Source of the DNA: an uncultured Methanosarcinaceae archaeon
GTDB taxonomy: Archaea > Halobacteriota > Methanosarcinia > Methanosarcinales > Methanosarcinaceae
NCBI GenBank assembly: GCA_963847185.1
Contig: CAWJYV010000008.1
Location: forward strand, 736,001 to 800,000
Direction: 5' to 3'
Length of the DNA stretch: 64,000 nt
Numbering within the stretch: the first letter of the stretch is position 1; every line of letters begins with the position of its first letter. The translations under genes were made by a program, and so were the position numbers. The notes below the pieces were generated by a model that searched no databases, was not told the DNA's origin, and saw only the letters and a list, made by a program, of their open reading frames with translations. This document shows, piece by piece, positions 19,610-29,197 of the stretch.

Positions 19610-22048
19610 TTACTTTGCTGGGATTCTCATTCCGTAGAATGAACGCCATACAAAGAATAAAGCAACCAGAAGGAAGAAACCGCCTACATACGGAGCCACA
19701 TTTCTGAATGACTCGGATATAGCGATTTCCATTGCCAGTAAACCAAACAGGGTGGTGAATTTTATTATCGGGTTCAGGGCAACGGATGAAGTGTCTTTAA
19801 ATGGATCACCTACGGTATCTCCCACGACTGTTGCTTCATGTAAAGGTGTACCTTTTTCCTGCAGGTCCACTTCCACCACTTTTTTGGCATTGTCCCAGCA
19901 TCCGCCGGCATTGGCCATGAACACGGCCTGGAATAACCCAAACACTGCGATGGAAATCAGGTAAGACACGAACAAAGATACGGAGTCATTGCTTTTTACG
20001 GGGGCTGAAAGGCAAGAGAATGCCAGGGTAAATGAGAAGATGGCGATAAATATATTGAACATACCCTGCTGTGCATACTGGGTACAGATCTTTACCACTT
20101 CTTTTGATTTTTCCGTAGATGCTATCTGGCTGGCATTTTCGTCCAGCTGGATGTTCATCTTGATATATTCAACCGCACGGTATGCTCCGGTAGTTACAGC
20201 CTGCGTTGATGCTCCGGTAAACCAGTAGATCACAGCACCGCCGGCTAAAAATCCGAAGATGGTATAGGGATTGAGCAAGGTCAAAATTTGTTCTGGTGCT
20301 ACTCCAAGAACGTCCTTAATAACCAGAACCAGGGAGAAGATCATGGTTGTAGCGCCGACAACGGCTGTACCTATTAAGACTGGCTTGGCTGTAGCTTTAA
20401 ACGTATTTCCTGCTCCATCGTTTGCTTCCAGATAATGTTTGGCTTTATCGAAATCCGGTTTGAAGCCAAACTCCTTCTGGATCTGCTGGGATACATTAGG
20501 AATTGATTCTATCAGCGAAAGCTCGTAAATGGACTGAGCGTTATCTGTTACAGGTCCATAACTGTCAACAGCTATTGTAACAGGACCCATTCCAAGCATT
20601 CCAAAAGCTACAAGGCCGAATGCAAATATGGAGGGATAGATCATTATCTCGCTCAGGCCGAATCCGCTGGCGTAATAGGCAACAAACATCAGTGCCAAGA
20701 ACACCATGCCGATCCAGAATGCGCTGAAGTTACCTGCAACTAATCCGGAAAGGATGTTCAGGGAAGGACCGCCTTCACGGGAAGCTTTAACGACTTCGGC
20801 TACATGCAGTGAGTTAGGGCTGGTAAATATTTTGGTAAATTCGGGAATTACAGCCGCTCCAAGGGTTCCGCAGCTTATAATTACTGAGAGTACAAGCCAG
20901 AGTTTCTCCAATTGGGGAGGGACTCCAGAACCAGGACCTAAAAGTAAATAGCTTACTGCAAAGGTTACTACGATAGAAAGAATAGAGGTAATCCATACCA
21001 GGCTTGTCAGGGGCTGCTCAAAATCGAAATCATCTTTGTTGCCAAATCTTACCTGGCTTAATGTTCTGTTGATATAGAAAGATACTACTGAGGTAATTAT
21101 CATAAGTACACGCATGACAAAGATCCAGGTCAGCAGGATACCTGTCAGCTCAGGCTGTACAGCCAGAACGATGAAGGAAACAAGGGCTACACCGGTTACA
21201 CCATAGGTTTCGAATCCGTCTGCAGTTGGTCCTACGCTGTCACCTGCATTATCTCCCGTACAGTCTGCAATAACTCCTGGATTACGTGGGTCGTCTTCTT
21301 TTATTCCAAAGACTATTTTCATCAGATCGGAGCCAATATCTGCAATCTTGGTGAATATCCCGCCGGCAATACGTAAGGCACTGGCTCCCAGGGATTCTCC
21401 TACTGCAAAACCTACAAAGCTTGCCCCGGCTAAGTCCCGTGGAACAAACAGCAATATAACTAACATCATTATGAGTTCAACGCAGACCAGAAGCACTCCT
21501 ATGCTCATGCCTGCATCAAGAGCAATATTTAACAGTTTCAGAGGTTTTTTTTCCAGGGAAACAAATGCTGTCCTGCTGTTAGCCAGGGTATTCATGCGAA
21601 TGCCGTACCATGCGACAGTATAGGAACCCAGTATACCTATTATGGCCCAGGCCAGGATAAGCAACACTCCACTAAGAGGTGTTTTCTGCAGGAAACCATA
21701 ATAAAAGGCTATACAAATGCCGATAAAAGCAAATAATATGCACAGTAGTTTGCCCTGCTGGATAAGATAGGTTTTGCAGGTCTCATAAATTATGGCAGCC
21801 ACATTCAGCATTGACTGGTGGGCCCTCATTCTTTTTACCTTTATGAACTGGTAAAAACCGAATATCATGCCTAATACACAGACCAGAATCCCATAGAGCA
21901 ACAAATTATTTTGCTCCGGGCTCAAATTAGGAATCTTAAGAGTCGCCTCACTGGCAGCTGCTATTGCCGGTGTTAGCGACAGCATGGCTAAGCTGAATAG
22001 GCCTTCAACCATTGCCTTGCCCATTCTATTTTTGTTTATGATTTCCAT
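19610..22048 (-). CDS. hppA: Membrane-bound H+-translocating pyrophosphatase, K+-independent signature, long divergent type
   Basis: GGIFTKIADIGSDL, EDDPRNPGVIADCTGDN, DSYGPVTDNA, GNTFKATAK and GDTVGDPFKDT motifs; 812 aa. Confidence 0.92.
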   Translation of the reverse strand: MEIINKNRMGKAMVEGLFSLAMLSLTPAIAAASEATLKIPNLSPEQNNLLLYGILVCVLGMIFGFYQFIKVKRMRAHQSMLNVAAIIYETCKTYLIQQGKLLCILFAFIGICIAFYYGFLQKTPLSGVLLILAWAIIGILGSYTVAWYGIRMNTLANSRTAFVSLEKKPLKLLNIALDAGMSIGVLLVCVELIMMLVILLFVPRDLAGASFVGFAVGESLGASALRIAGGIFTKIADIGSDLMKIVFGIKEDDPRNPGVIADCTGDNAGDSVGPTADGFETYGVTGVALVSFIVLAVQPELTGILLTWIFVMRVLMIITSVVSFYINRTLSQVRFGNKDDFDFEQPLTSLVWITSILSIVVTFAVSYLLLGPGSGVPPQLEKLWLVLSVIISCGTLGAAVIPEFTKIFTSPNSLHVAEVVKASREGGPSLNILSGLVAGNFSAFWIGMVFLALMFVAYYASGFGLSEIMIYPSIFAFGLVAFGMLGMGPVTIAVDSYGPVTDNAQSIYELSLIESIPNVSQQIQKEFGFKPDFDKAKHYLEANDGAGNTFKATAKPVLIGTAVVGATTMIFSLVLVIKDVLGVAPEQILTLLNPYTIFGFLAGGAVIYWFTGASTQAVTTGAYRAVEYIKMNIQLDENASQIASTEKSKEVVKICTQYAQQGMFNIFIAIFSFTLAFSCLSAPVKSNDSVSLFVSYLISIAVFGLFQAVFMANAGGCWDNAKKVVEVDLQEKGTPLHEATVVGDTVGDPFKDTSSVALNPIIKFTTLFGLLAMEIAISESFRNVAPYVGGFFLLVALFFVWRSFYGMRIPAK

Positions 22049-23989
22049 TTAGCCGATCACTTCTCTCTAAATATTTTAAAAAATAAATTGAAATTTGAAT
22101 TATTAAAGCCTCATTTCCGACGAAAGCGTAATCAGTTGTTTTTTATATAAACTTTTTTACTCGTTTAGTCTGGCCGATGTTTTCTCCAGTGATTTTGTAT
22201 ATGAATCCCTTCTTCTTACTAATATTATATGTCTCTTTCTGAAGAGTTCTAAAATAATATATACTGAAATAATCAGCAGGAAATAATTTTTAATAGTATA
22301 AAAAAGAAGAGGCTGAATTTAAAAAGATTTTTCGGCATTAATTGTGAGAAATTGAAAGTTTTGATCAGTTGTGAAAGAAGCTCGGCAAGGAATATTATAA
22401 AAAAGTTAACTTATTACTCTGCGTGATTGTATTCTATAGCCTCAGCTAGAATTATCATCTGTCTCTCTAAAATTGACAGCCCCAGCTCTCTAACTCTTTC
22501 CACTACCGTTGATTACCAGTATTGTAAATCTTAATTGGCTTTAGCTTTACCTCTATAGCATCTTTCAGTTATGTCTAAAGCCATAGAATTATGGTCCTGT
22601 TGTTTTTCATTAGGTTCATTGATCCTAGATACTAATCCTGAGGCATTGATCCATTTTCTGATAATTCAAACGATGTCTAAAATTTTCAGCCAGAAGAAAG
22701 AGTTTTCCAGAACACACAAACTTGATGCTGCAGATATTTTTTAGGTACGGAAGGATCTTACAACATGCTTTATTTCCTTAGCTCGACTTGATTTGCGCTT
22801 TTTTCCATGTAGCATTGCAGCAGCTTTGATCATATCGATTTTGATGTGCATATGCGTACGGTTTATTGTCGGTGAAGTTCTTTTATCTCTTTCTTACTAT
22901 GCTCTTTTGGCCGTGTCGGAAATGTGGCACTTGAGCTTGTTTGAAGTGACGAGGTAGTGTAAGAGATAAAATATCAATTAAAAGGCAAAGATCTTGGCTG
23001 CGGAAATATAGTGCAAGTGCAACATACTGTGCTCTGAAGAGTTGATAGTTTGGGTGCCTGCAGATGTGCTGCACCTGCTCTTATTCAGATCTTATTTTCC
23101 CCATGAAACATTCCTGCAGGTTCTGAGGCTTCAGTTTCATGATCGGCAATGTCGGATGCAGGAGTGTCAGGGGAAATGAAGATATTTATTGAGACCGGAA
23201 ATCCTGATACAAAGAGCTGGATACTTAAAAGTTCAGGCCGGCAGTCAGGTCTCACATAATTCTTAAGCATTGTGGAGTTGTTTTTGCACTCTGTTTGTGG
23301 TCCGGGTTTTTCTCTTCCTTTCTTGCTTTCTATTTTTTTTCAAAATTGTGCCCTGTTTTCTGATCTTTTCTCGATTTTTATCATCATACAGCAGGCACTG
23401 TATCCTTCTTCCTGTAGTCCTCAAAAATTTTTCGGCCATTGGGACTAACTTCTCAAACAGCTGGACTAAATCCAGAAAAGTTTTGGTCATTATTTGTTCA
23501 ACTTTATTTATCCTGGTTCTAGAGCAGAGGTCATAAAAGCATAATCCGAAACTGCAATAACCGGTTGCTTTTCTACAGCCCAAGCTACTTTGAATACACG
23601 GACAAATATTAAGAACAAAAATGTATGGCAATAGCTGTTAACAATCGCTCCGTTCTATCCTTTAAGTAAGCCTCCTCATTACACATAATTAGTTATTCGT
23701 ATAACTATTCACACACTACGAGTTTTATTTTGCATTCCAAAAAGGAATACACTTTCCTATTTGATAGTAATAGACTAAAAAGCTTTCGTTTTTTGGTTCT
23801 GTGAAGTCAGTGGCTGCTAGATCATTTTAGAATTAGCTGTAAAAATTAGGCTACTTTTCTGGAACGTATTTCAAAGTTTGCTCGCTAAAATTCGTCGAAT
23901 TTTTTATGAGAAGTTCTTAATGAATGGTAATTACTAAATCATATAAAATCATTGAAAATAAAATAGTCTTCATATGTTGTAGAAATGCA

Positions 23990-24226
23990 TCATTTTTTCT
24001 GCTCTTTTTTATAAAGTTTGTAATATTCGTGTATGAAGTTAATTAAGACAGCCAATATTGGTAATAAGAAGATTATTAAAACCACTTCAAAGGTTGAGTC
24101 AAAACCAGAATTCGAGACTGAACCTGTACTCGCGACTGAACTGGAATTCAATAAAGCAGTTGAGCTTGAATTTAACACATCGGTTGAATTATTTAATATA
24201 GAGGTTGAATTCAAATCTAATGGCAT
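23990..24226 (-). CDS. Small single-pass membrane protein with a sequon-rich N-terminus
   Basis: 78 aa: LNST/LNNST/LNSS/LNSS repeats, a hydrophobic helix VVLIIFLLPILAVLINFI, and a basic tail. Confidence 0.6.
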   Translation of the reverse strand: MPLDLNSTSILNNSTDVLNSSSTALLNSSSVASTGSVSNSGFDSTFEVVLIIFLLPILAVLINFIHEYYKLYKKEQKK

Positions 24227-24334
24227 ACTGTAGTATAAATATTGTAACTATAAAAAATCGACGAGCTCTACAGTTCAGCAAATTTCCTAAAGAAGGTAAT
24301 AGAAAAGTTAAAGTTGAAACAGGTCTGGGAGAGA

Positions 24335-24793
24335 TTAATTAACTCCCTTTACCTGCAGTAACTGGAACTCTATTTCGTCCGGAACTGTGGCAAGGAATAC
24401 AAATGAATTGTACCCGAGTTTTTGAACTTCTTTTATCGCACTTGCCTGGCTTTCGTTCAAATCCCTTGAGTTGCTTACGATACAAAAGGATTTTCTGTTT
24501 CCTGTGTTGACAAGGAAATTAAATACATTTCCGTGGGTATTCAGGAATGCAACCAGGTTCTTGAGTTCATCCCAGGTATTGCACATATGGATGTTTCTGG
24601 ACCCCATGTTCTCGACATACCAGTCCTTGCTCACATAAGAGTAAGAAGCATACTGTTCGTTCAGTTCATCAAAGGCTTTGATAATTTTATTTATGTCTTT
24701 CTTCAGGTTTACCCATTTCCAGTTTTGTGTAGTGAAATAGCGGGCAGCCACTATTTCAAAAATTGCCTGCTTATCTTCATTTTCGAGTCTCAT
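24335..24793 (-). CDS. Hypothetical protein
   Basis: ORF of ~152 aa with protein-like composition, directly downstream of the DHPS-like gene; ATG taken at MRLENEDK. Confidence 0.75.
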   Translation of the reverse strand: MRLENEDKQAIFEIVAARYFTTQNWKWVNLKKDINKIIKAFDELNEQYASYSYVSKDWYVENMGSRNIHMCNTWDELKNLVAFLNTHGNVFNFLVNTGNRKSFCIVSNSRDLNESQASAIKEVQKLGYNSFVFLATVPDEIEFQLLQVKGVN

Positions 24794-24831
24794 TCTCTCA
24801 CATCTCATATTTCATCTGTATTTCTATTCGC

Positions 24832-26313
24832 TTAGAATGCATCATCCTGGGCATAACTTCTGTTAAAGCGCAGGGCAAGTTCGGCTTTTTCCAGTTCCCT
24901 TCCCAGGTATGCGGCATGGTCCAGGCGGGAAACCAGTTTTAATTCAAGCAGTGTATCCATGACTTCCCTGGCATTTTTCCCTACGATTGAAGCTTTTTCA
25001 TGTTCAGCTACAATTGATCCGCTATTTCCGCTTATACTGTCCGGTACAATTCGGATACGGATAGGACCTTCAGGATCTACACGCCAGTTCTTTGAAGATT
25101 TGGCCCGGATTGTTTTTTCCGGTAGGGGATAGTCGGGTCTCCTGCGTTTTTCTTTAATGCAGAGCAGATCAAGCCCCAGGTCCTTTGGAGAACTCTCCCT
25201 TATTCGAGAAAGCTGCATCATCCAGGAAGCCTTCTTAAGTTCCCTTATGGAGCCCTGTGCCTTGTCGCTGAACTCAGGGGTGAATAGGACACTTGCTCCA
25301 ACTTCTACTCCTATCCCACAAAGTGTAGCATTAACTCCTATGGTATCTACGTCTATAAGTTCCGTAACATTGCCAACGCCGAAAAATACAGGAATCTGAG
25401 GGTAAATCCTGTGGAATTCATGATAACGTACAATGGACTCGGTTATATTATGGCCTATAGGGTCAAGGACAGGATCAGCTATGATTTTCTCAATTCCAAG
25501 GCTGCGGGCAGCTTCAATGTTTCTGATGAGGCTTTCCAGGCTATTCCCTTCATCAGGAATGATAACAGCTGCAATTCCTGCATTGGCAACAATAGGGCCT
25601 GCAGCTTCCATATTAGTGCTGTTCAGGCTCAGGACGAGATCTGCTCCTGCGTCTACTCCTTCTTTTATCAGTTCAGGGTCTAGGGTGTCAATACTTATTG
25701 GAACCAATGTGAGGGTTTTTGCAAGGGATACGGTTCTTCTGACCTGTTCGGGAAGAGTATTGAGTGTAGCTCCTAGATCGATAATATCTGCTCCCCTGGC
25801 GATAAATGCTTCTATTTTTCCCTGAAGCATGGAAGCATCCATTTCCATGGCTCCCACAATCTCTCCCATGACTTTCATGCATGCATTTCCTCCAAGCTTT
25901 ACTTCTCGCAATGTGAGGAATGAGGAAGCTTCTTCCTCTGTTTTTCTTATAAGTTCTATGGCCATTTCTTTTCTTACGTCAGCAAGAAGTTCACATGCCG
26001 GAACTTTTTTGGAGAACTCTGTTTTTTCAGCAAAAGGTAATACAAAACCAAGGTCATAAGCATGCTTTGGACCAAGCCGGATTTTACAAGCCAGTTCCTC
26101 AGAAACTTTTGAAAAATCTCCTGGCACAAGTCCTGGAAGAAGAATAAGATCGTAATTTTTTGGAAGATTTGCTTCTTGAAATGCTCTGATAAGCTTATTT
26201 GGGGTGATAAAGGCGGCAATATCAATATCTACAACTAAGATATCGGCTTTTTCTCCAGCTGCTTTTCTGACTGTGTTTTCCGCAAGCCGTCCCGTTGCTA
26301 CCAAAATATTCAT
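24832..26313 (-). CDS. Dihydropteroate synthase-like pterin-binding protein (TIGR00284-type) with a C-terminal DUF4346-like domain
   Basis: GADIIDLG, PISIDT, GNVTELIDVD and HAAYLGRELEKAE..YAQD motifs. Confidence 0.85.
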   Translation of the reverse strand: MNILVATGRLAENTVRKAAGEKADILVVDIDIAAFITPNKLIRAFQEANLPKNYDLILLPGLVPGDFSKVSEELACKIRLGPKHAYDLGFVLPFAEKTEFSKKVPACELLADVRKEMAIELIRKTEEEASSFLTLREVKLGGNACMKVMGEIVGAMEMDASMLQGKIEAFIARGADIIDLGATLNTLPEQVRRTVSLAKTLTLVPISIDTLDPELIKEGVDAGADLVLSLNSTNMEAAGPIVANAGIAAVIIPDEGNSLESLIRNIEAARSLGIEKIIADPVLDPIGHNITESIVRYHEFHRIYPQIPVFFGVGNVTELIDVDTIGVNATLCGIGVEVGASVLFTPEFSDKAQGSIRELKKASWMMQLSRIRESSPKDLGLDLLCIKEKRRRPDYPLPEKTIRAKSSKNWRVDPEGPIRIRIVPDSISGNSGSIVAEHEKASIVGKNAREVMDTLLELKLVSRLDHAAYLGRELEKAELALRFNRSYAQDDAF

Positions 26314-26436
26314 GTTTTTTAGATAGAATCTCTAATAAAAAAGCATATCTATTTGAAAGAGTATCGGATAAAAAAGTGTCAGGAGAGAAAAGCTCGAAGT
26401 TTTAAGCTTTAAGTATCGAGCTTTTGCCTGACTGGT

Positions 26437-27615
26437 TTAATTTATGAAGTCTATGATTGACTCGTCATGTCTCTTCCTGAGGGGGCCTGCAGTGTCTCTC
26501 ATTCTGCCGGAAGATGTCATTTTTCCGACTCTACTTTCCTGAACCCTTTCATCCATTCTTGATTCCAGGATTCCGGACCCTGCCTGAGGGCCCAGAATCT
26601 GGGCAGACTGAACCCCCGTCATGATCGCCATTACTCTGACCTTTCCTTCGTAATCATCTCTAATCCGTGCGCCCCAGATAACATTGGCGCTCGAGGAAAG
26701 CTCATATGTGAGCATGGAGGCGATTTCTTCGGCTTCCTTCAGGCTCAGGTCAGGCCCCCCGGTTACGTGAACAAGACTTCCGGTTGCACCTTTGTAGTCG
26801 ACGTCAAGTAAGGGATGGTTCAGGGCAGTTCGCACAACTTCATTACTCTTGTCCTGGCTCTTTGACTCCCCGACAAGCATGACTGCAACTCCTCCGCAGC
26901 TCATAATTGTCCTGATATCAGCGTAGTCAAGGTTTATCAGAGAGGGTACTGTGATTGTTTCTGTGATCCCTTTTACGGTTTCGGCAATCAACTGGTCCAT
27001 CACTGAGAATGCCTGATCAATAGGAAGATTTGGCACGTAATTCAACAGTCTATTATTGTCCAGAACAATAACGGTATCTGCTGCCCTTCGCAGGTCTTCA
27101 AGCCCTTCTTCGGCCTTGAAGATGCGGGCCCTTTCCACTCTGAAGGGGCTGGAGACCATTCCCACGACAATTGCTCCCTGTTCTTTTGCTACTTCAGCAA
27201 CCACTGGAGCAACACCTGTCCCGGTACCTCCTCCCAGACCTGCGGTGATAAATACAAGGTCTGCATCCTTTAATACTTCTTCAAGAGTGCCTCTTGCAAG
27301 TTCCGCAGCTTTCTTTCCCATCTCAGGATAACCGCCTGCTCCCAATCCTCTGGTGAGAGTTTTTCCTACCAGGATCTTCTTGTCAGCCCTGACGTTATCA
27401 AGGTGCTGCTTATCTGTGTTGATACAAACGGTTTCTGCACCTTCGATTCCTATATTGTAGAGCCGGTTTACGGTATTGTTCCCGGCACCCCCGCACCCGA
27501 CAATCATGATTCTCGGTTGCCCGAATTCTTCAAATTCGTCATCAGAGGAGGCATTTTTTCTATATTCCTTCTCTTTTTCGCTGAATTTCATTGCTTCCTG
27601 TACTATAGATTGCAA
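26437..27615 (-). CDS. ftsZ: Cell division protein FtsZ (FtsZ2-like)
   Basis: GCGGAGNN, the GGGTGTG tubulin signature and INLDYAD; TTG start after GAGGGG. Confidence 0.96.
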   Translation of the reverse strand: MQSIVQEAMKFSEKEKEYRKNASSDDEFEEFGQPRIMIVGCGGAGNNTVNRLYNIGIEGAETVCINTDKQHLDNVRADKKILVGKTLTRGLGAGGYPEMGKKAAELARGTLEEVLKDADLVFITAGLGGGTGTGVAPVVAEVAKEQGAIVVGMVSSPFRVERARIFKAEEGLEDLRRAADTVIVLDNNRLLNYVPNLPIDQAFSVMDQLIAETVKGITETITVPSLINLDYADIRTIMSCGGVAVMLVGESKSQDKSNEVVRTALNHPLLDVDYKGATGSLVHVTGGPDLSLKEAEEIASMLTYELSSSANVIWGARIRDDYEGKVRVMAIMTGVQSAQILGPQAGSGILESRMDERVQESRVGKMTSSGRMRDTAGPLRKRHDESIIDFIN

Positions 27616-28501
27616 TTTATCCCCTCGACTGGATTTGTGTCTAATAGTTTGTTTGACTCCCCACCCGTTTATCGGGGGTCACATATCTGTCACTACTTTT
27701 GAGTGGAGTTACTTGATAACTTTAAAAACTAGATAAAAGTTTTTTATCCGTTATCTATAATAAGTTGTCACTCTAGTGAACTTAAACGTTTCGGACATAT
27801 TTAAACAACATGATGGGATTATTTATTAAGTTTAAATAGGTCACCCATAAATCTCATATATGCACTCTTTTCTTTCCTTATCTTTAAATTCTCAACAAGG
27901 AAAGGTTCAATACTGCAATAATATTTATATATAGTAATCCCCTATTTTCTTGAAAGCTCAGTTTTCTCAGAAAGTTTCTCCTGATTATGCAAGTCAGGGC
28001 AGCATTTCTTTCTTATTTTGTAGATTTTTTTGATGCCGCACCAGGCTAGAAGTACTTACCATCTGACTTCAGCTATTCGTTTTTCTTGAGACTTTCATTT
28101 ATTACTCTTTACAATTTAATGAGACTGTTTATATTATTACTTTTAAGTTGAATTCTCCTCTTAAAAACTTTTTCGGTATCATTCAAAGATTTCGAGGCTT
28201 TTGATTAATTTTTTGCGCAGTCTGACTGTAAATATATCTGAATGTTTATATATTTACAATCTTTTATTGCCAATTTCTTCTTTTTTATATATTTTTTTAA
28301 TCCGAAGTTCCAAAATTAATTCATATGGATATATGCATAAGAATATTATTCAATTTTTCGGAAAAATATAATCAATAACCGTTTGAATATTTTATTATGT
28401 TTTAGAGTGTCGGGAAACCTTTAAAGCTGTAAACCGTTTTTAACTTGATTCTTAACATTTTGGTTTAAAATCTTTTAATTCTTTATATTGGAGTTAGAAA
28501 C

Positions 28502-29164
28502 GTGTTGAAGGCATTAATTTTCGATATGGATGGCGTTCTCGTAGACTCTATGCCCTTCCATGCAGCAGCCTGGAAGAAGGCTTTTCTCGATATGGGTATG
28601 GAAATTAAAGATGAGGATATCTATGAAATTGAAGGTTCAAACCCTCGAAATGGGCTTCCCCTACTTATCCGAAAAGCCAGAAAAGAACCTGAAATATATG
28701 ATTTTGAGAAAATCACTTCAATCTACAGGCAGGAGTTTGGAAGGATCTTTGAACTTAAAAGTTTTGAAGGCATGAAAGAATGTCTTGAATTGCTTAAAAC
28801 TCGTTTTCTGCTTTCTGTAGTCTCAGGTTCGGACCGTTTGATCGTTCATAGCATTGTTGGTCAACTTTTCCCTGGCATTTTCGATATTGTGGTCACAGGA
28901 GACGACGTCAAAAACTCAAAACCTGCTCCTGATCCTTTTCTAAAAGCAGTAGAACTCCTAAAAATCCGAAGAGAAGAATGTATCATTATTGAAAACGCCA
29001 TTCTGGGCGTGGAAGCTGCAAAAAGGGCTGAAATTTACTGCATAGGAGTTCCCACTTATCTGGAACCTTCACAGCTTGACAGAGCAGACATTGTACTGGA
29101 TGATCACAAAAAGCTAATGGAACATCTTCTCAGCCTTGAGTCTTCACTCAGCTTCAGGACATAA
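28502..29164 (+). CDS. HAD-family phosphatase (beta-PGM-like)
   Basis: FDMDGVLVDS and KPAPDPF motifs. Confidence 0.9.
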   Translation: MLKALIFDMDGVLVDSMPFHAAAWKKAFLDMGMEIKDEDIYEIEGSNPRNGLPLLIRKARKEPEIYDFEKITSIYRQEFGRIFELKSFEGMKECLELLKTRFLLSVVSGSDRLIVHSIVGQLFPGIFDIVVTGDDVKNSKPAPDPFLKAVELLKIRREECIIIENAILGVEAAKRAEIYCIGVPTYLEPSQLDRADIVLDDHKKLMEHLLSLESSLSFRT

Positions 29165-29197
29165 AAAAATTTCAAAAAAGTGTGGCCCCCTGGAGGG

